DNA of 62,790 nucleotides, the filler included, from an uncultured Methanosarcinales archaeon (GTDB taxonomy: Archaea > Nanobdellota > Nanobdellia > Woesearchaeales > CAYXTQ01), in assembly GCA_964608065.1 (NCBI GenBank). It is 8 parts of 8 records of this genome, joined end to end, with 100 filler letters (N's around TTAATTAATTAA, not from the genome) between each part and the next. Parts side by side here need not be neighbours in the genome. Positions count along the whole stretch, not along the records: positions 16,468 to 24,438 come from CAZSMA010000069.1; positions 24,539 to 32,446 come from CAZSMA010000070.1; 6 more parts are not named here. One strand, written 5' to 3'. Shown here in pieces: positions 16,559 to 27,170 of the stretch (position 1 is its first letter; each line of letters starts with the position of its first letter). Both the position numbers and the translations under genes were made by a program. The notes below the pieces were generated by a model. That model did not search any database and was not told the DNA's origin. It worked only from the letters and a program-made list of their open reading frames with translations.

Positions 16559-18631
16559 TCATAAAACCTTGCTTACATGTTCTTCTTTATTTATCCTAAT
16601 AACATTGTCTACAAAGCTTTCTATCTTGCTTTCATGGCTGACAACAATAACCTGCTTCATGTTCAACTGCTCCAGAACTTCCCTTATCTTATCTAATTGT
16701 TCTGAACTGAATCCATCTGTAGGCTCATCTAATATGATTAAATCCTTTGTTTTGATATCTCCTATGAAATCATTGATAACCTTGTTCAAAGCCAGTCTGT
16801 AAGCCAAAGCACAGCTTGTTTTTTCTCCTCCGCTTAGGTTTTCTACACTAACCTCATAACCGTTCTGTTCAACTACAGGACTAAAAGAATCATCCAACCT
16901 TACATTAATGTTCTCATCCTCTACTAAAACATTAAACCATCCCTGGAACAGCTCATTGAATTCATGATAAATCTTTAACATAATATGCTTTTCCATCAAA
17001 TCCATCAAATTTATGAAATATTCCTCTAACCAGTTCTGTAATTCATTTAATTTTGTCAGAGATTCTTTAATTTTCAGTTTTTCTTTAATTTCTTTGTCTA
17101 AACTTTCAATAAACTTTGTTATTGTCTGTTTTTCTTTTTCAAAGCTTGCTTTGTTTATCTCAATTTTTCTTTCTTTATCCAGAAGTTCCTCTAGTTTATT
17201 CTTAGTGTCTTGATATTCTTCTTCTATATCTTTTAACTTTACAATCTTGTTGTTTAAATCAAGTTTTTCAGAATTGATTTTACCTACTTTTGTTTTTATT
17301 TCTTCCTGCAATGTTTTAAGTTTATCTGCTTTCTTTTTTTTTTCATTTAAAGAGGTTGTTTTAAGTTTTATAATCTTGAATTCATTTTCTTTCTGGTTTA
17401 ATTCTTTAAATTCTTTTTTCAAATCAGTAAGTTGGTTCTCTTTTAATTTCAAATCTTTTTCATGCTTTTTTAAGTGTTCTTCTACTTTTCTCTGTTTTTC
17501 TTTTTCTCTATTGTTGATGCTGTCCTTATGTTCGGGGCTTACTTTTTGCTCGCACATAGGGCAGTTGTCTAATTTTAATATTTTTTCTATTATTTCTAAG
17601 GAATATTTTTTTTTTATTTTAAATTCACTAAACTTATTTTGTATTTCTCTTATGTTTTTTTCCAATTCTTCGATTTCTTTTTCTTTTTTATTGATTTGTT
17701 CTTTGATGTCTTCTGCTTTTACTTCTTTTCCTTTTAGTTCTTCTTCAATATCCTTTATTTCTTTCTCTAATTCTTCTTTTTCTTTTTTATTTATTTGATG
17801 CTGTTCAAGATGTCTTTTAAGGTCAAGCTCTTTAACCTGGAAATCTCTCTTTAAAGTGTTCAGTGTTTTTATCTTTTCTTCTGTTTCTTTGATTTTATCT
17901 TTATAGTTTTTTAATTCTTTTTTTATAGAATCCCATTCAGGCAGTATGTTACTTATTTCTGCTTCAATTTTTTTTACTTCATCTTCTTTATTGTTTAATT
18001 CTTTTTTTTTTATTTCTAAATCAGCTATTTTGCCTTCATTTTCTTTCTTTTTTTCTTTTAAACTTCTTACAAAGAGAGTTGTGTTCTCTTTGATTTTTTT
18101 GTATTTATCAATATTGAAAACTTTCCTTAAAGTGTTTAGCCTGGAATCTTCTTCATCAAGTAAAATCTGCTTCATCTCTTCCTGTGGTGTGTAAACTGTG
18201 TATCTGTAGACCAGGTCTTTTGATTTTGTAAGCAGGTCTTGAGGATAACCTAATAACTCAAGAATAAAGCTTTTTAACTCAATAGGTGTTCCTTCTTTTT
18301 TCACATCATTAACAATTACGTATCCTGCTTCCTGTTTTATTTCGTTTTTTCCTCTTTTTAAAGTTCTTTTTATGATTATATCCTTTCCATCAATATCTAT
18401 CCTTAATTCTACGCTTCCCTTTTTTTTTCCATTTCTTAACAAAGAAGCTCCAGATAAATGTACTCTTCTTACTCCGAATAAAGCAAACTCTACTGCTAAA
18501 AGTATAGTTGATTTTCCAGAACCTATATCTCCTGCTAATAAAGTAGAACCTGTAGGAAACTCTATCATCTCATTAAGATAGCTTCTGATATTCTCTAATT
18601 TAATTGATTTTATTATCAATATATCCCCCAA
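16559..18631 (-). CDS. rad50: Rad50/SMC-like ATPase
   Basis: GDIGSGKST, CPMC zinc hook, LSGGE, ILDEPT, VVSH. Confidence 0.88.
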   Translation of the reverse strand: MGDILIIKSIKLENIRSYLNEMIEFPTGSTLLAGDIGSGKSTILLAVEFALFGVRRVHLSGASLLRNGKKKGSVELRIDIDGKDIIIKRTLKRGKNEIKQEAGYVIVNDVKKEGTPIELKSFILELLGYPQDLLTKSKDLVYRYTVYTPQEEMKQILLDEEDSRLNTLRKVFNIDKYKKIKENTTLFVRSLKEKKKENEGKIADLEIKKKELNNKEDEVKKIEAEISNILPEWDSIKKELKNYKDKIKETEEKIKTLNTLKRDFQVKELDLKRHLEQHQINKKEKEELEKEIKDIEEELKGKEVKAEDIKEQINKKEKEIEELEKNIREIQNKFSEFKIKKKYSLEIIEKILKLDNCPMCEQKVSPEHKDSINNREKEKQRKVEEHLKKHEKDLKLKENQLTDLKKEFKELNQKENEFKIIKLKTTSLNEKKKKADKLKTLQEEIKTKVGKINSEKLDLNNKIVKLKDIEEEYQDTKNKLEELLDKERKIEINKASFEKEKQTITKFIESLDKEIKEKLKIKESLTKLNELQNWLEEYFINLMDLMEKHIMLKIYHEFNELFQGWFNVLVEDENINVRLDDSFSPVVEQNGYEVSVENLSGGEKTSCALAYRLALNKVINDFIGDIKTKDLIILDEPTDGFSSEQLDKIREVLEQLNMKQVIVVSHESKIESFVDNVIRINKEEHVSKVL

Positions 18632-18671
18632 TTAGCCAATAATAACTATAGTTTATAAATATTTTGTAGAA

Positions 18672-19661
18672 TTACAACTGTTTCTTTAAATCTTCAATAA
18701 GCTCAACAGGTGTTGGGTCTACTTTGTATTTTAAAGCTAAGAAATAAGAGCACCAATCTCCTATGTAAATTGCGGAGAATATCTTTGTCAATAAAGAAGA
18801 GCCTGTTAAGGATATTTCTGTTACTGAAACATTCTTTTTCTTAATTAAATTCTTTGTTATATCCATCTGTTTTCTTAATTTCATGTAATCATTCTCATCT
18901 TTGAATATAATAACATAGTAATTTGCTTTTAAGTTGACAAATCCGTTAATTTCATTATGGTCTAATTCAGGGAATACATTATAGAATGCATGAATCTTTG
19001 TGTTTTCATTGAAATTAATTTTCCATTTATAACCAATTATTTTTAATCTTTCTGAAGTGTATATTAGAGGGACTTTGCCATCTAGTTTTTTTGCTAGATC
19101 ATTTCCTTTGTCTTTGAAAACAGGCGTTTTCAGGATTTCAATCATTCTTATTATTTCATTAGTCCTGTCTGCTATTAACTTTGAGTTCTGCAATATGGTT
19201 ATTATCGGGAAGAATAAATATCCAAGAGCTAATCTTGGTTGTATGTCTTTATTGACTAAGACCAAGTCAATGCCTTGCTTTCTTGCTAACATCTCTAATC
19301 TTCCGCCAGATGTGATTACAACTATTCTGCATCCTTTTCTTAATGCGTTTCTGTATGCATTTACTGTTTCTTCTGTGTTGCCAGAGTAGCTTATAACAAA
19401 AACTAAGGTTCTAGAGTTTATTGATTCTGGAAGAAAATAATCTTTGTTTACATGAATTGGAATTTTTTCATCTTTTAGATAAGTTTGCAGAAGGTCTCCT
19501 GCTAAAGCGCTTCCACCCATTCCTGTGACAACAATCTTGTCTATTATCTCTGTTATCTTTATGTTTTCTCCTAGTTTCATAGCAGCAGCTATCTGCTGTG
19601 GGAATTTTTCTAATATTCCGTACATGTCTCTTGTATCTATGTCAAACCTGTCTTCTTCCAT
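18672..19661 (-). CDS. Bifunctional phosphoglucose/phosphomannose isomerase
   Basis: GMGGSA, SYSGNTEET, QPR, NENTK, FPELDHNE, DPTPV. Confidence 0.93.
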   Translation of the reverse strand: MEEDRFDIDTRDMYGILEKFPQQIAAAMKLGENIKITEIIDKIVVTGMGGSALAGDLLQTYLKDEKIPIHVNKDYFLPESINSRTLVFVISYSGNTEETVNAYRNALRKGCRIVVITSGGRLEMLARKQGIDLVLVNKDIQPRLALGYLFFPIITILQNSKLIADRTNEIIRMIEILKTPVFKDKGNDLAKKLDGKVPLIYTSERLKIIGYKWKINFNENTKIHAFYNVFPELDHNEINGFVNLKANYYVIIFKDENDYMKLRKQMDITKNLIKKKNVSVTEISLTGSSLLTKIFSAIYIGDWCSYFLALKYKVDPTPVELIEDLKKQL

Positions 19662-19773
19662 AGTATCATCAATATATTCAAGATTATTTAAAGTTTTATG
19701 TTCTATAGTTTATATTTAGCAACATTTAAATAACGGTATTTAATCACTCATTGTATTATAAGGGGTGTAATAT

Positions 19774-20187
19774 ATGAAATTAAAATATCTATTTGTTTTA
19801 TTAACAATATTGTTAGTGATAGGGTGTGCAACTGAAGCACCAGAAGTAACTGAAGAAGTTGAGGAAGAAACTGTTGAAAAAACAACAATGGAAGCTACTG
19901 TTTCTGAACCAACTGGAGAAATGGTTCTAATCAAAGGTCCAAAAGCAATTGAACCTTCAGAATTAACTGTTAGTGTAGGAACAATAGTCACATGGAATAA
20001 TGATGACTATACTGACAGAGATACAGGGACAGGAAGAGCACATACACTAGCTGAATGGAATGATTATTTCAGAAGTGAAAGACTAGAACCAGGAGATTAT
20101 TTCAGCTTTACTTTTACAGAAGCTGGAACCTATGAGTATAGGTCAATAACAGCTCCAGGAGCACAAGGAACTATAATTGTTGAGTAG
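19774..20187 (+). CDS. Secreted/lipoprotein cupredoxin-fold protein
   Basis: PSELTVSVGTIVTWNN..HT..LEPG..FSFTF.EAGTYEY..GTIIVE. Confidence 0.75.
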   Translation: MKLKYLFVLLTILLVIGCATEAPEVTEEVEEETVEKTTMEATVSEPTGEMVLIKGPKAIEPSELTVSVGTIVTWNNDDYTDRDTGTGRAHTLAEWNDYFRSERLEPGDYFSFTFTEAGTYEYRSITAPGAQGTIIVE

Positions 20188-20225
20188 TTTTTTTTTATTA
20201 TTTTTTATTTTTTTTAATTTCTAAA

Positions 20226-20924
20226 ATGACATTAAAACAAGTCAAGCAAGAACTGAAAAAAATTAGCAATCCTTCAAAAGCTAAGATATTGCAGAGATTC
20301 TTCAAAACAGGCAAAGGAGAGTATGGGGAAGGTGATATATTTCTTGGGATTGTTGTTCCAGAGCAAAGGAAAATAAGTAATAAATATGATTTGAGTTTAA
20401 AAGAAATTCAAGAATTGCTTAAAAGCAAGATACATGAGTATAGGTTGGTTGCTTTGTTTATTCTTATATTAAAATATAAAAAAGCAGATGAACAATTAAA
20501 AAAACATATATTTAACCTATACTTAAAAAATACAAAAAACATCAATAACTGGGATTTGATTGATTTATCAGCTCCAAATATAGTTGGAAACTATTTGTTG
20601 GATAAGAAGAGAGGTATTTTGTATAAGTTATCTAAGTCAAAATCGTTGTGGGAAAAAAGGATTGCAATATTAGCTACATTCACATTTATTGGGAATGGTG
20701 AGTGGAAAGATACACTTAAGATTTCTGAGATTTTATTGAATGATGAACATGATTTGATCCATAAAGGTGTTGGATGGATGTTGAGAGAGGTTGGCAAGAG
20801 GGTTAGTCAGCAGAAAGAGGAAGAATTTCTTAAGAAGTATTATAAGAAAATGCCTAGAACTATGTTAAGATATGCTATAGAAAGATTTCCAGAGAGCAAA
20901 AGAAAGTTTTATATGAAAAAATGA
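20226..20924 (+). CDS. AlkD-like DNA alkylation repair protein
   Basis: FFKTGKGEYGEGD..NNWDLID..HKGVGWMLREVGK..PRTMLRYAIERF. Confidence 0.92.
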   Translation: MTLKQVKQELKKISNPSKAKILQRFFKTGKGEYGEGDIFLGIVVPEQRKISNKYDLSLKEIQELLKSKIHEYRLVALFILILKYKKADEQLKKHIFNLYLKNTKNINNWDLIDLSAPNIVGNYLLDKKRGILYKLSKSKSLWEKRIAILATFTFIGNGEWKDTLKISEILLNDEHDLIHKGVGWMLREVGKRVSQQKEEEFLKKYYKKMPRTMLRYAIERFPESKRKFYMKK

Positions 20925-21565
20925 ACATAAGCAAACTAATGCAGATTCTTGGTAAACATTTTAATTTTAAAGAGAGAACTACACTTAATCGTATGAGGAA
21001 AAAGCCTAATGCATTTAAGATACTTATTTCTTGTTTGATTTCATTAAGAACTAAGGATGCTAATACTGAAAAAGTTTCTAAGAAATTATTTGCAGTTGCT
21101 GACACTCCTAAAAAAATAAATAAAATGTCTGTTAAGAAATTGGAGACACTTATTTACAGCTCTGGACATTATAAGAAGAAGGCAAGAACATTAAAACATG
21201 TTTCTTCTGAGATTATTAAAAAGTTTAATGGAAATGTTCCAAATGATAAAGAAAAGCTTTTGTCAATCAAAGGTGTAGGGCCTAAGACAGCGAATATTGT
21301 TTTGTGCTTTGCTTTTGATAAAACAGTTTTGCCAATAGATACTCATTGTCACAGGATTCCAAACAGATTAGGGTGGGTTAAGACAAAAACTGCAGAAAAA
21401 ACAGAGAAAGCTTTGGAAAAGATATTAGCTAAGAAATACTGGAAAGAGTTTAATGGAATATTTGTGTTGTTTGGAAAGACAATTTGTGTTCCAATAAGTC
21501 CGTTTTGTTCAAAATGTCCTGTTAGTAAGTATTGTCCTAGAATTGGCGTGACTAGAAGTAGATAG
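20921..21565 (+). CDS. nth: Endonuclease III
   Basis: HhH GVGPKTAN, IDTH, CxxxxPxCxxCPVSKYC Fe-S motif. Confidence 0.95.
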   Translation: MNISKLMQILGKHFNFKERTTLNRMRKKPNAFKILISCLISLRTKDANTEKVSKKLFAVADTPKKINKMSVKKLETLIYSSGHYKKKARTLKHVSSEIIKKFNGNVPNDKEKLLSIKGVGPKTANIVLCFAFDKTVLPIDTHCHRIPNRLGWVKTKTAEKTEKALEKILAKKYWKEFNGIFVLFGKTICVPISPFCSKCPVSKYCPRIGVTRSR

Positions 21566-21632
21566 AAAATAGCAAAATTTTTATACCAGTCAAGTTTATT
21601 GTTTCACATTAAAATAATAAGGGGTGAAACGT

Positions 21633-22184
21633 ATGAATACATGGTTGATTTTATTGATAATAGTTGTTGTAATAGTATTATTCATAATTTTATTATACAA
21701 CAGCCTAATACGTTTAAGAAATCAGGTAAGAAATTCTTGGGCACAGATTGATGTACAACTAAAGAGAAGAAATGATCTTATTCCCAACCTAATGGAAACT
21801 GTAAAAGGTTATATGAAACATGAGAAGAGTGTTCTTGAGAATGTAACTAAAGCAAGATCAGCAATCTTAAAATCTCAGACAGTAGAAGGTACTGCAAAGG
21901 CCTCAAATATGTTATCTGAAACACTTAAATCCTTGTTTGCTGTTTCAGAAAATTATCCAAAGTTAAGGGCAAATGAAAATTTTATGCAGCTTCAAGAAGA
22001 GCTGACAGGAACTGAAAACAAAATAGCTTATGCAAGACAGCATTACAATGACATTGTTATGGTATTCAATACAAAGATTGAGACATTCCCAAATAATATT
22101 TTTGCAAAACAATTAAATTTTAAGCAAGAGTCATTATTTGCAGCTACAGCAGAAGAAAGAAAAAACGTCAAAGTCAAGTTTTAA
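21633..22184 (+). CDS. lemA: LemA family protein
   Basis: [40 protein letters not shown]. Confidence 0.95.
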   Translation: MNTWLILLIIVVVIVLFIILLYNSLIRLRNQVRNSWAQIDVQLKRRNDLIPNLMETVKGYMKHEKSVLENVTKARSAILKSQTVEGTAKASNMLSETLKSLFAVSENYPKLRANENFMQLQEELTGTENKIAYARQHYNDIVMVFNTKIETFPNNIFAKQLNFKQESLFAATAEERKNVKVKF

Positions 22185-22227
22185 TTTTTTTTTTATTTTT
22201 TTTTTTTTTTATATTCTGGTGATCTAA

Positions 22228-23130
22228 ATGAGAATAATGTTTGATGAAGTAAGAAACAATAAGATTAAATCTGTAATTCTTGCATCATTTTTCATTATAT
22301 TAATTGGTTTGCTTGGAGCAATAATTGGTTTAATATATGGAAGCTTATATTTCGGTTTAATTATTGCAGTAATCTTCTCTTTTATCTATTCCATCATTGT
22401 ATTCTATTCTGGAGACAAGATGGTTCTTGGTTTGTCTGGTGCAAAGCAAGTTACCAAAAGAGAATATCCTCATTTGTTCCATGCAGTAGAAGGATTGGCA
22501 GTTGCTGCAGGAATTCCAACACCAAAAGCATATGTAATTGAAGATAGTGCGTTAAATGCTTTTGCAACTGGAAGAGACCCTAAAAATGCATCAGTTACAG
22601 TAACAACAGGTCTTTTGAAAACAATGAATAGGCAGGAGCTTGAAGGAGTGATTGCTCATGAGATGTCTCATGTAAAAAATTATGATATAAGGTTTATGAT
22701 GCTAACTGCAGTTTTGGTTGGAATCATTACATTGTTAAGTGATTTTCTATTAAGGTCTTTTCTGTGGGGAGGAAAAGGAAAAAGAGATTCCAAAGGGAAG
22801 GGTCAGATTGGAGTCATACTAATTGTAGTTGGTTTGGCATTAGCGATATTAACTCCCATTATTGGTCAGATGATTAAGCTTGCTATAAGCAGAAAAAGAG
22901 AATACATGGCTGATGCAAATGGTGCGATTTTAACAAGATACCCTCCAGGACTTGCAAGCGCTTTAAGAAAAATATCAAAGGATCCTGACCCTTTAGTAGA
23001 CAAAGCAAACAAAGCTACAGCTCATCTTTTTATCTCAACACCTTTTAGGAAAAAACACGGTGCTATGATAAATCTATTTTCCACACATCCTTCTATCGAA
23101 GAAAGGATCAAAAGATTACAAGCTATGTAA
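22228..23130 (+). CDS. htpX: HtpX M48 zinc metalloprotease
   Basis: NAFATG, HEMSH, SRKREYMAD, FSTHP. Confidence 0.95.
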   Translation: MRIMFDEVRNNKIKSVILASFFIILIGLLGAIIGLIYGSLYFGLIIAVIFSFIYSIIVFYSGDKMVLGLSGAKQVTKREYPHLFHAVEGLAVAAGIPTPKAYVIEDSALNAFATGRDPKNASVTVTTGLLKTMNRQELEGVIAHEMSHVKNYDIRFMMLTAVLVGIITLLSDFLLRSFLWGGKGKRDSKGKGQIGVILIVVGLALAILTPIIGQMIKLAISRKREYMADANGAILTRYPPGLASALRKISKDPDPLVDKANKATAHLFISTPFRKKHGAMINLFSTHPSIEERIKRLQAM

Positions 23131-23133
23131 TAA

Positions 23134-24399
23134 TCAGAAATCATCCAAACCAGTCTGCTTATGTTTTAAAGTTGTTGTTACTTTCTTTTTTTGTTCTTTT
23201 TCTTCTGTTTCATCCAGGATAGGTTGACCGTATTGACCATCAAAGCCAGGACGTACTCTGATTTTTCCTTCTCTGTTCATAATTATAACATTAGCAATTT
23301 TTTCATCAACAACCTTCTTTAAATCATCCTCAGAAACATCTAATAATATATTATACTCATTATCAAACTTTTCAATTAATGGATTATAAATTTTCCAGAC
23401 TTTGGGAGAAGCAACAGGTGATTTTATCATGCCTGAAATCAACTCAGAAAGTGGAATTAAATTTTTATAAGGTTTGGCTGTTTTAGGAACAAAACCTTCT
23501 TCCCTGTCTGCTAATTCTTCAACCCTGTTAGCAACCCCTATTGTTAATTCTTTACCGCATTTTGGACAGATGTTTTTGTTTTTTATAGAGTCAGAAGGTT
23601 TAAGACAGACATTGCAGGCTCTATGACCATCCCAATGATATTTTCCTTCTTCTGGCCAGAATTCAATTGTTCCTGTTAAACCTTCACCAGTTCTTATAGC
23701 ATTCAATAAATTCTTATAACTCAGCTCAATATCAAAAACTGTTGCTTCTCTTCCAATTCTCCAAGGCCAAAAGCTATGCAGATCTGAAGAACTAACTAAT
23801 TGATAATTGTCTAAAGCTGACAATCTATAATTCATTGCTGGGTCTGAAGACAATCCTGTTTCTAAAGCATTAATATATTTAGTTTGGTCTTTAAAGCATT
23901 GCTCTATTGTATTAAATCCGGATTTAGAGCCAAACAATGAAAACCAAGGAGTCCAGATATGGGCTGGTATCACTTCAATATCCTGGCTGATTTTTCTTAA
24001 ATCTTCTACAAATTCAGGACAAGGAATTTTGAATATTGGCCTTCCGTCATAATCAATTCTACCTTTTGTCAACAAATATTCTGTGATTTGGTCAACAACT
24101 TCAAAATTTGGAGCCATAACAACATTATGGATCCTATGTCCTTTTCCATCCTGGGAATAAATTAATGAAAGTTCTGTTTGAAGTATAAAAGGAAAACCAT
24201 TTTTAGTTTTTAATATTCCGTCTTGTTCTGTTAGTTTTGATTTTAACTCTTTAATCCATTCAGGATGTGTAAAATCTCCTGTTCCAAGTAAGTCAACACC
24301 TTTAACTTTAGCCCATTTTTCTAAGTTATCAATATCCAATGATTTAGAAGTTGCTTGGCTATGTCTGCTGTGTATGTGTAAGTCTGCTATAAGTTTCAT
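23134..24399 (-). CDS. PHP-domain endonuclease Q family protein
   Basis: DLHIHSRHS.ATS, GTGDFTHP, PAHIWTPWFS, ETGLSSDP, GKYHWDGHR.C, CPKCG. Confidence 0.88.
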   Translation of the reverse strand: MKLIADLHIHSRHSQATSKSLDIDNLEKWAKVKGVDLLGTGDFTHPEWIKELKSKLTEQDGILKTKNGFPFILQTELSLIYSQDGKGHRIHNVVMAPNFEVVDQITEYLLTKGRIDYDGRPIFKIPCPEFVEDLRKISQDIEVIPAHIWTPWFSLFGSKSGFNTIEQCFKDQTKYINALETGLSSDPAMNYRLSALDNYQLVSSSDLHSFWPWRIGREATVFDIELSYKNLLNAIRTGEGLTGTIEFWPEEGKYHWDGHRACNVCLKPSDSIKNKNICPKCGKELTIGVANRVEELADREEGFVPKTAKPYKNLIPLSELISGMIKSPVASPKVWKIYNPLIEKFDNEYNILLDVSEDDLKKVVDEKIANVIIMNREGKIRVRPGFDGQYGQPILDETEEKEQKKKVTTTLKHKQTGLDDF

Positions 24400-24585
24400 A
24401 AAATATAATCCAGAATTAGATAATATATAAATGTTACTNNNNNNNNNNNNNNNNNNNNNNNNNNNNNNNNNNNNNNNNNNNNTTAATTAATTAANNNNNN
24501 NNNNNNNNNNNNNNNNNNNNNNNNNNNNNNNNNNNNNNACATTTTAAGAAACCTTTTTATATAATGATTTCTAATAGGTTATAGT

Positions 24586-25296
24586 ATGAAAAGGGTGGCT
24601 ATATTATTGATCTTGTTAGTTCTTTGTACTAGCTGCAAGACAGATAAAGAGAAATATATTCAGGAATGTGTTGAAATAGAGAAAAGCCATAGGTTTTGTA
24701 ACTATAAATTTGCAGTTGAAATTGAAGGAAAAGATGAAGCTTTGTGCAAGCAGGAAAAATATAAGGTAAATTGCTATAAAGATATTGCAAAAATAAAAAA
24801 AAGTGAAAAAGTTTGCAATCGTTTAATCAGCAACCAGAGGTTTGAATGTTTAAGTGAGATGGCTTTGTATTTTAATGATGTTTCTTATTGTGATGAAATA
24901 CCTGTAGGTTATAATATTGGAAGTTTAGAGTATGAGTATGCTATGAATTTCAAAGGAGACTGTTATATTGATTATGCAGTTAAGATTGATGATCTGTCTT
25001 ATTGTGAATCAGTGGATTTTGGAGATGTGATATTTAACTGCTATGATAAATTTGCAAGGATTAAAAAGGATTCTTCAATCTGTGAAAATATTAGGACAAC
25101 TGACACTTACAGCAAAGGTTGGTGTTACAGCAATATGGCACAGTTTTTAGATGATATATCATTATGCGAGAAGGCTGAGAAAACTCAACCATTTTGTTAT
25201 TATTATTTTGCAACAAAGCTGAAAAATATTGAACTATGCAGTAAGATTGACAGGAGCAGTAGTTTTAGGGAGCTGTGTTTTGAGAAGGTTGGTTAA
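24586..25296 (+). CDS. Cys-rich repeat lipoprotein-like protein
   Basis: Signal peptide ending TSC; repeated CY..A....D.S.CE units. Confidence 0.7.
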   Translation: MKRVAILLILLVLCTSCKTDKEKYIQECVEIEKSHRFCNYKFAVEIEGKDEALCKQEKYKVNCYKDIAKIKKSEKVCNRLISNQRFECLSEMALYFNDVSYCDEIPVGYNIGSLEYEYAMNFKGDCYIDYAVKIDDLSYCESVDFGDVIFNCYDKFARIKKDSSICENIRTTDTYSKGWCYSNMAQFLDDISLCEKAEKTQPFCYYYFATKLKNIELCSKIDRSSSFRELCFEKVG

Positions 25297-25337
25297 AAAA
25301 CCAAAAACTTAATAAATAAGGTGTCTTACCAAGTTAT

Positions 25338-27170
25338 ATGGGGAAGATATTAGTTTTAGATTTTGGGGGGCAGTATTGCCACTTAATTGCCAGAAGAATT
25401 AGAGCTATGAATGTTTATTCTGAGGTTGCATCACCTACTACAACTAATTTTAGGGGTGTTAAAGGAATTATCCTTTCTGGAGGGCCAAATTCTGTTTTTA
25501 GCGTCAGAGCACCAGAGTTTAATCCAGATATTTTTAAGCAGAATATTCCAATATTAGGGATTTGTTATGGTCATCAGTTGATAGCACATCATTTTGGAGG
25601 CAATGTTATTCCTATACAAATAAAAGAATATGGAAAAACACAGTTAACTATTGCTGATAAAACAGATTTGTTCAAAGATTTAAATAACAAGGAAATAGTG
25701 TGGATGTCACATGGAGATTCTATTGAAAAAAATCCACCAGGTTTTAAGACATTAGCTTCTACAAAACATTGTGAAATAGCTGCAATGGCAGATAAAAAAA
25801 AAAAAATATACTCAACGCAGTTTCATCCAGAGGTAACTCATACAAAACATGGACAGGATATTCTGAAGAACTTTGTCTTTAAAATATGTAAATTAAAACC
25901 TGAATGGAAGCCAAAAAACTTAGTAACTAAGCTTGTAAAGCAAATAAAGAAAGAAGTAGGGAATAACACTGTTCTGATGGCAGCAAGCGGTGGAGTTGAC
26001 AGTACAGTTGCAGCATGCCTATTAAATAAAGCACTGGGAGATAAAGCATATTATGTTTTTGTTGATAATGGATTGGTAAGGCACAAAGAGGTTGAGAATG
26101 TAATCAACATATTTAGAAAACAAAAGATAAAGAATTTGTTTATAATTGATGCCAGGAAAATATTCTTAAAGAATTTAAAGGGAATAACAGAGCCTGAAGA
26201 AAAAAGAAAAAGCATATCTGATACATTTTTTGATGTTTTTGAAAGAAAAGCAAAACTTCTTTCTAAAAAATATAAAATAAAGTTTTTAGGACAAGGAACT
26301 ATTTATCCAGATAGGATTGAGACTGCACAAGCTTCAAAAAGTGCTGATAAAATCAAGAGCCATCATAATGTCATATTACCAAAATGGTTAAAATTGAAAT
26401 TAGTAGAGCCATTAAAGGATTTTTATAAAGATGAAGTAAGGGAAATAGGTAAAAAATTAGGACTTCCTGTGTGGATGGTTGGAAGGCACCCATTTCCAGG
26501 ACCTGGTTTGGGTGTCAGGATATTAGGACAGCTTACAGAAAGAAAGATAGAATTCTATAAAGAGATAGATCATCTGATAACTCTAACTTTAAGAAAAACA
26601 AAATGGTATCCAAAGCTTTGGATGGGTTTTCCTGTTTTAATTCCAATAAGGGAATTTGAGGATCCTGTTGAAAGGGATAATATTGTTGGAAATAACACTA
26701 GTGAAAGGCTTGGGATTGTAAGCAAATCACAGGAAATTGTAAAAAAAATATTAAATGAAAATGATGTTAAATATGATGTTATAAAGGCAATTTTTCTGCC
26801 AGTAAAATCTGTTGGTGTTATGGGAGATTCAAGGACATATGAGCATCCGATTTGTTTGAGAATTATAAAAAACAATAAAATCGCTGAAGTTCCTTACAAT
26901 GTGTTAGAAGACATAAGTAATGAATTAATTAATAAAGTTAAAGGTGTTAATAGGGTTATATATGATATAACAGAAAAACCAACAGGATGGGATAATATAA
27001 TAGCTATAAGGGCTGTAACAAGTTTGGATGCTATGACATGCGATTGGGCTAAATTTGATTATAGTTTAATGAAGAAAATGGCTAATAATATAATTAAAAA
27101 AGAGAAAATTATTAATAGGGTTGTGTATGATATAACACAGAAGCCTCCTGGAACAATGGAGTGGGAATAA
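25338..27170 (+). CDS. guaA: GMP synthase (fused GATase+ATPPase) with duplicated C-terminal domain
   Basis: DFGGQY, GICYG, QFHPEV, SGGVDS, IKSHHN, RHPFPGPG, YDITQKPPGTMEWE. Confidence 0.95.
   Translation: MGKILVLDFGGQYCHLIARRIRAMNVYSEVASPTTTNFRGVKGIILSGGPNSVFSVRAPEFNPDIFKQNIPILGICYGHQLIAHHFGGNVIPIQIKEYGKTQLTIADKTDLFKDLNNKEIVWMSHGDSIEKNPPGFKTLASTKHCEIAAMADKKKKIYSTQFHPEVTHTKHGQDILKNFVFKICKLKPEWKPKNLVTKLVKQIKKEVGNNTVLMAASGGVDSTVAACLLNKALGDKAYYVFVDNGLVRHKEVENVINIFRKQKIKNLFIIDARKIFLKNLKGITEPEEKRKSISDTFFDVFERKAKLLSKKYKIKFLGQGTIYPDRIETAQASKSADKIKSHHNVILPKWLKLKLVEPLKDFYKDEVREIGKKLGLPVWMVGRHPFPGPGLGVRILGQLTERKIEFYKEIDHLITLTLRKTKWYPKLWMGFPVLIPIREFEDPVERDNIVGNNTSERLGIVSKSQEIVKKILNENDVKYDVIKAIFLPVKSVGVMGDSRTYEHPICLRIIKNNKIAEVPYNVLEDISNELINKVKGVNRVIYDITEKPTGWDNIIAIRAVTSLDAMTCDWAKFDYSLMKKMANNIIKKEKIINRVVYDITQKPPGTMEWE

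Noticed and set aside
24586..25296. Cys-rich repeats as a novel system
   Set aside because: Such repeat lipoproteins are common in small-genome archaea and bacteria; nothing special in context.
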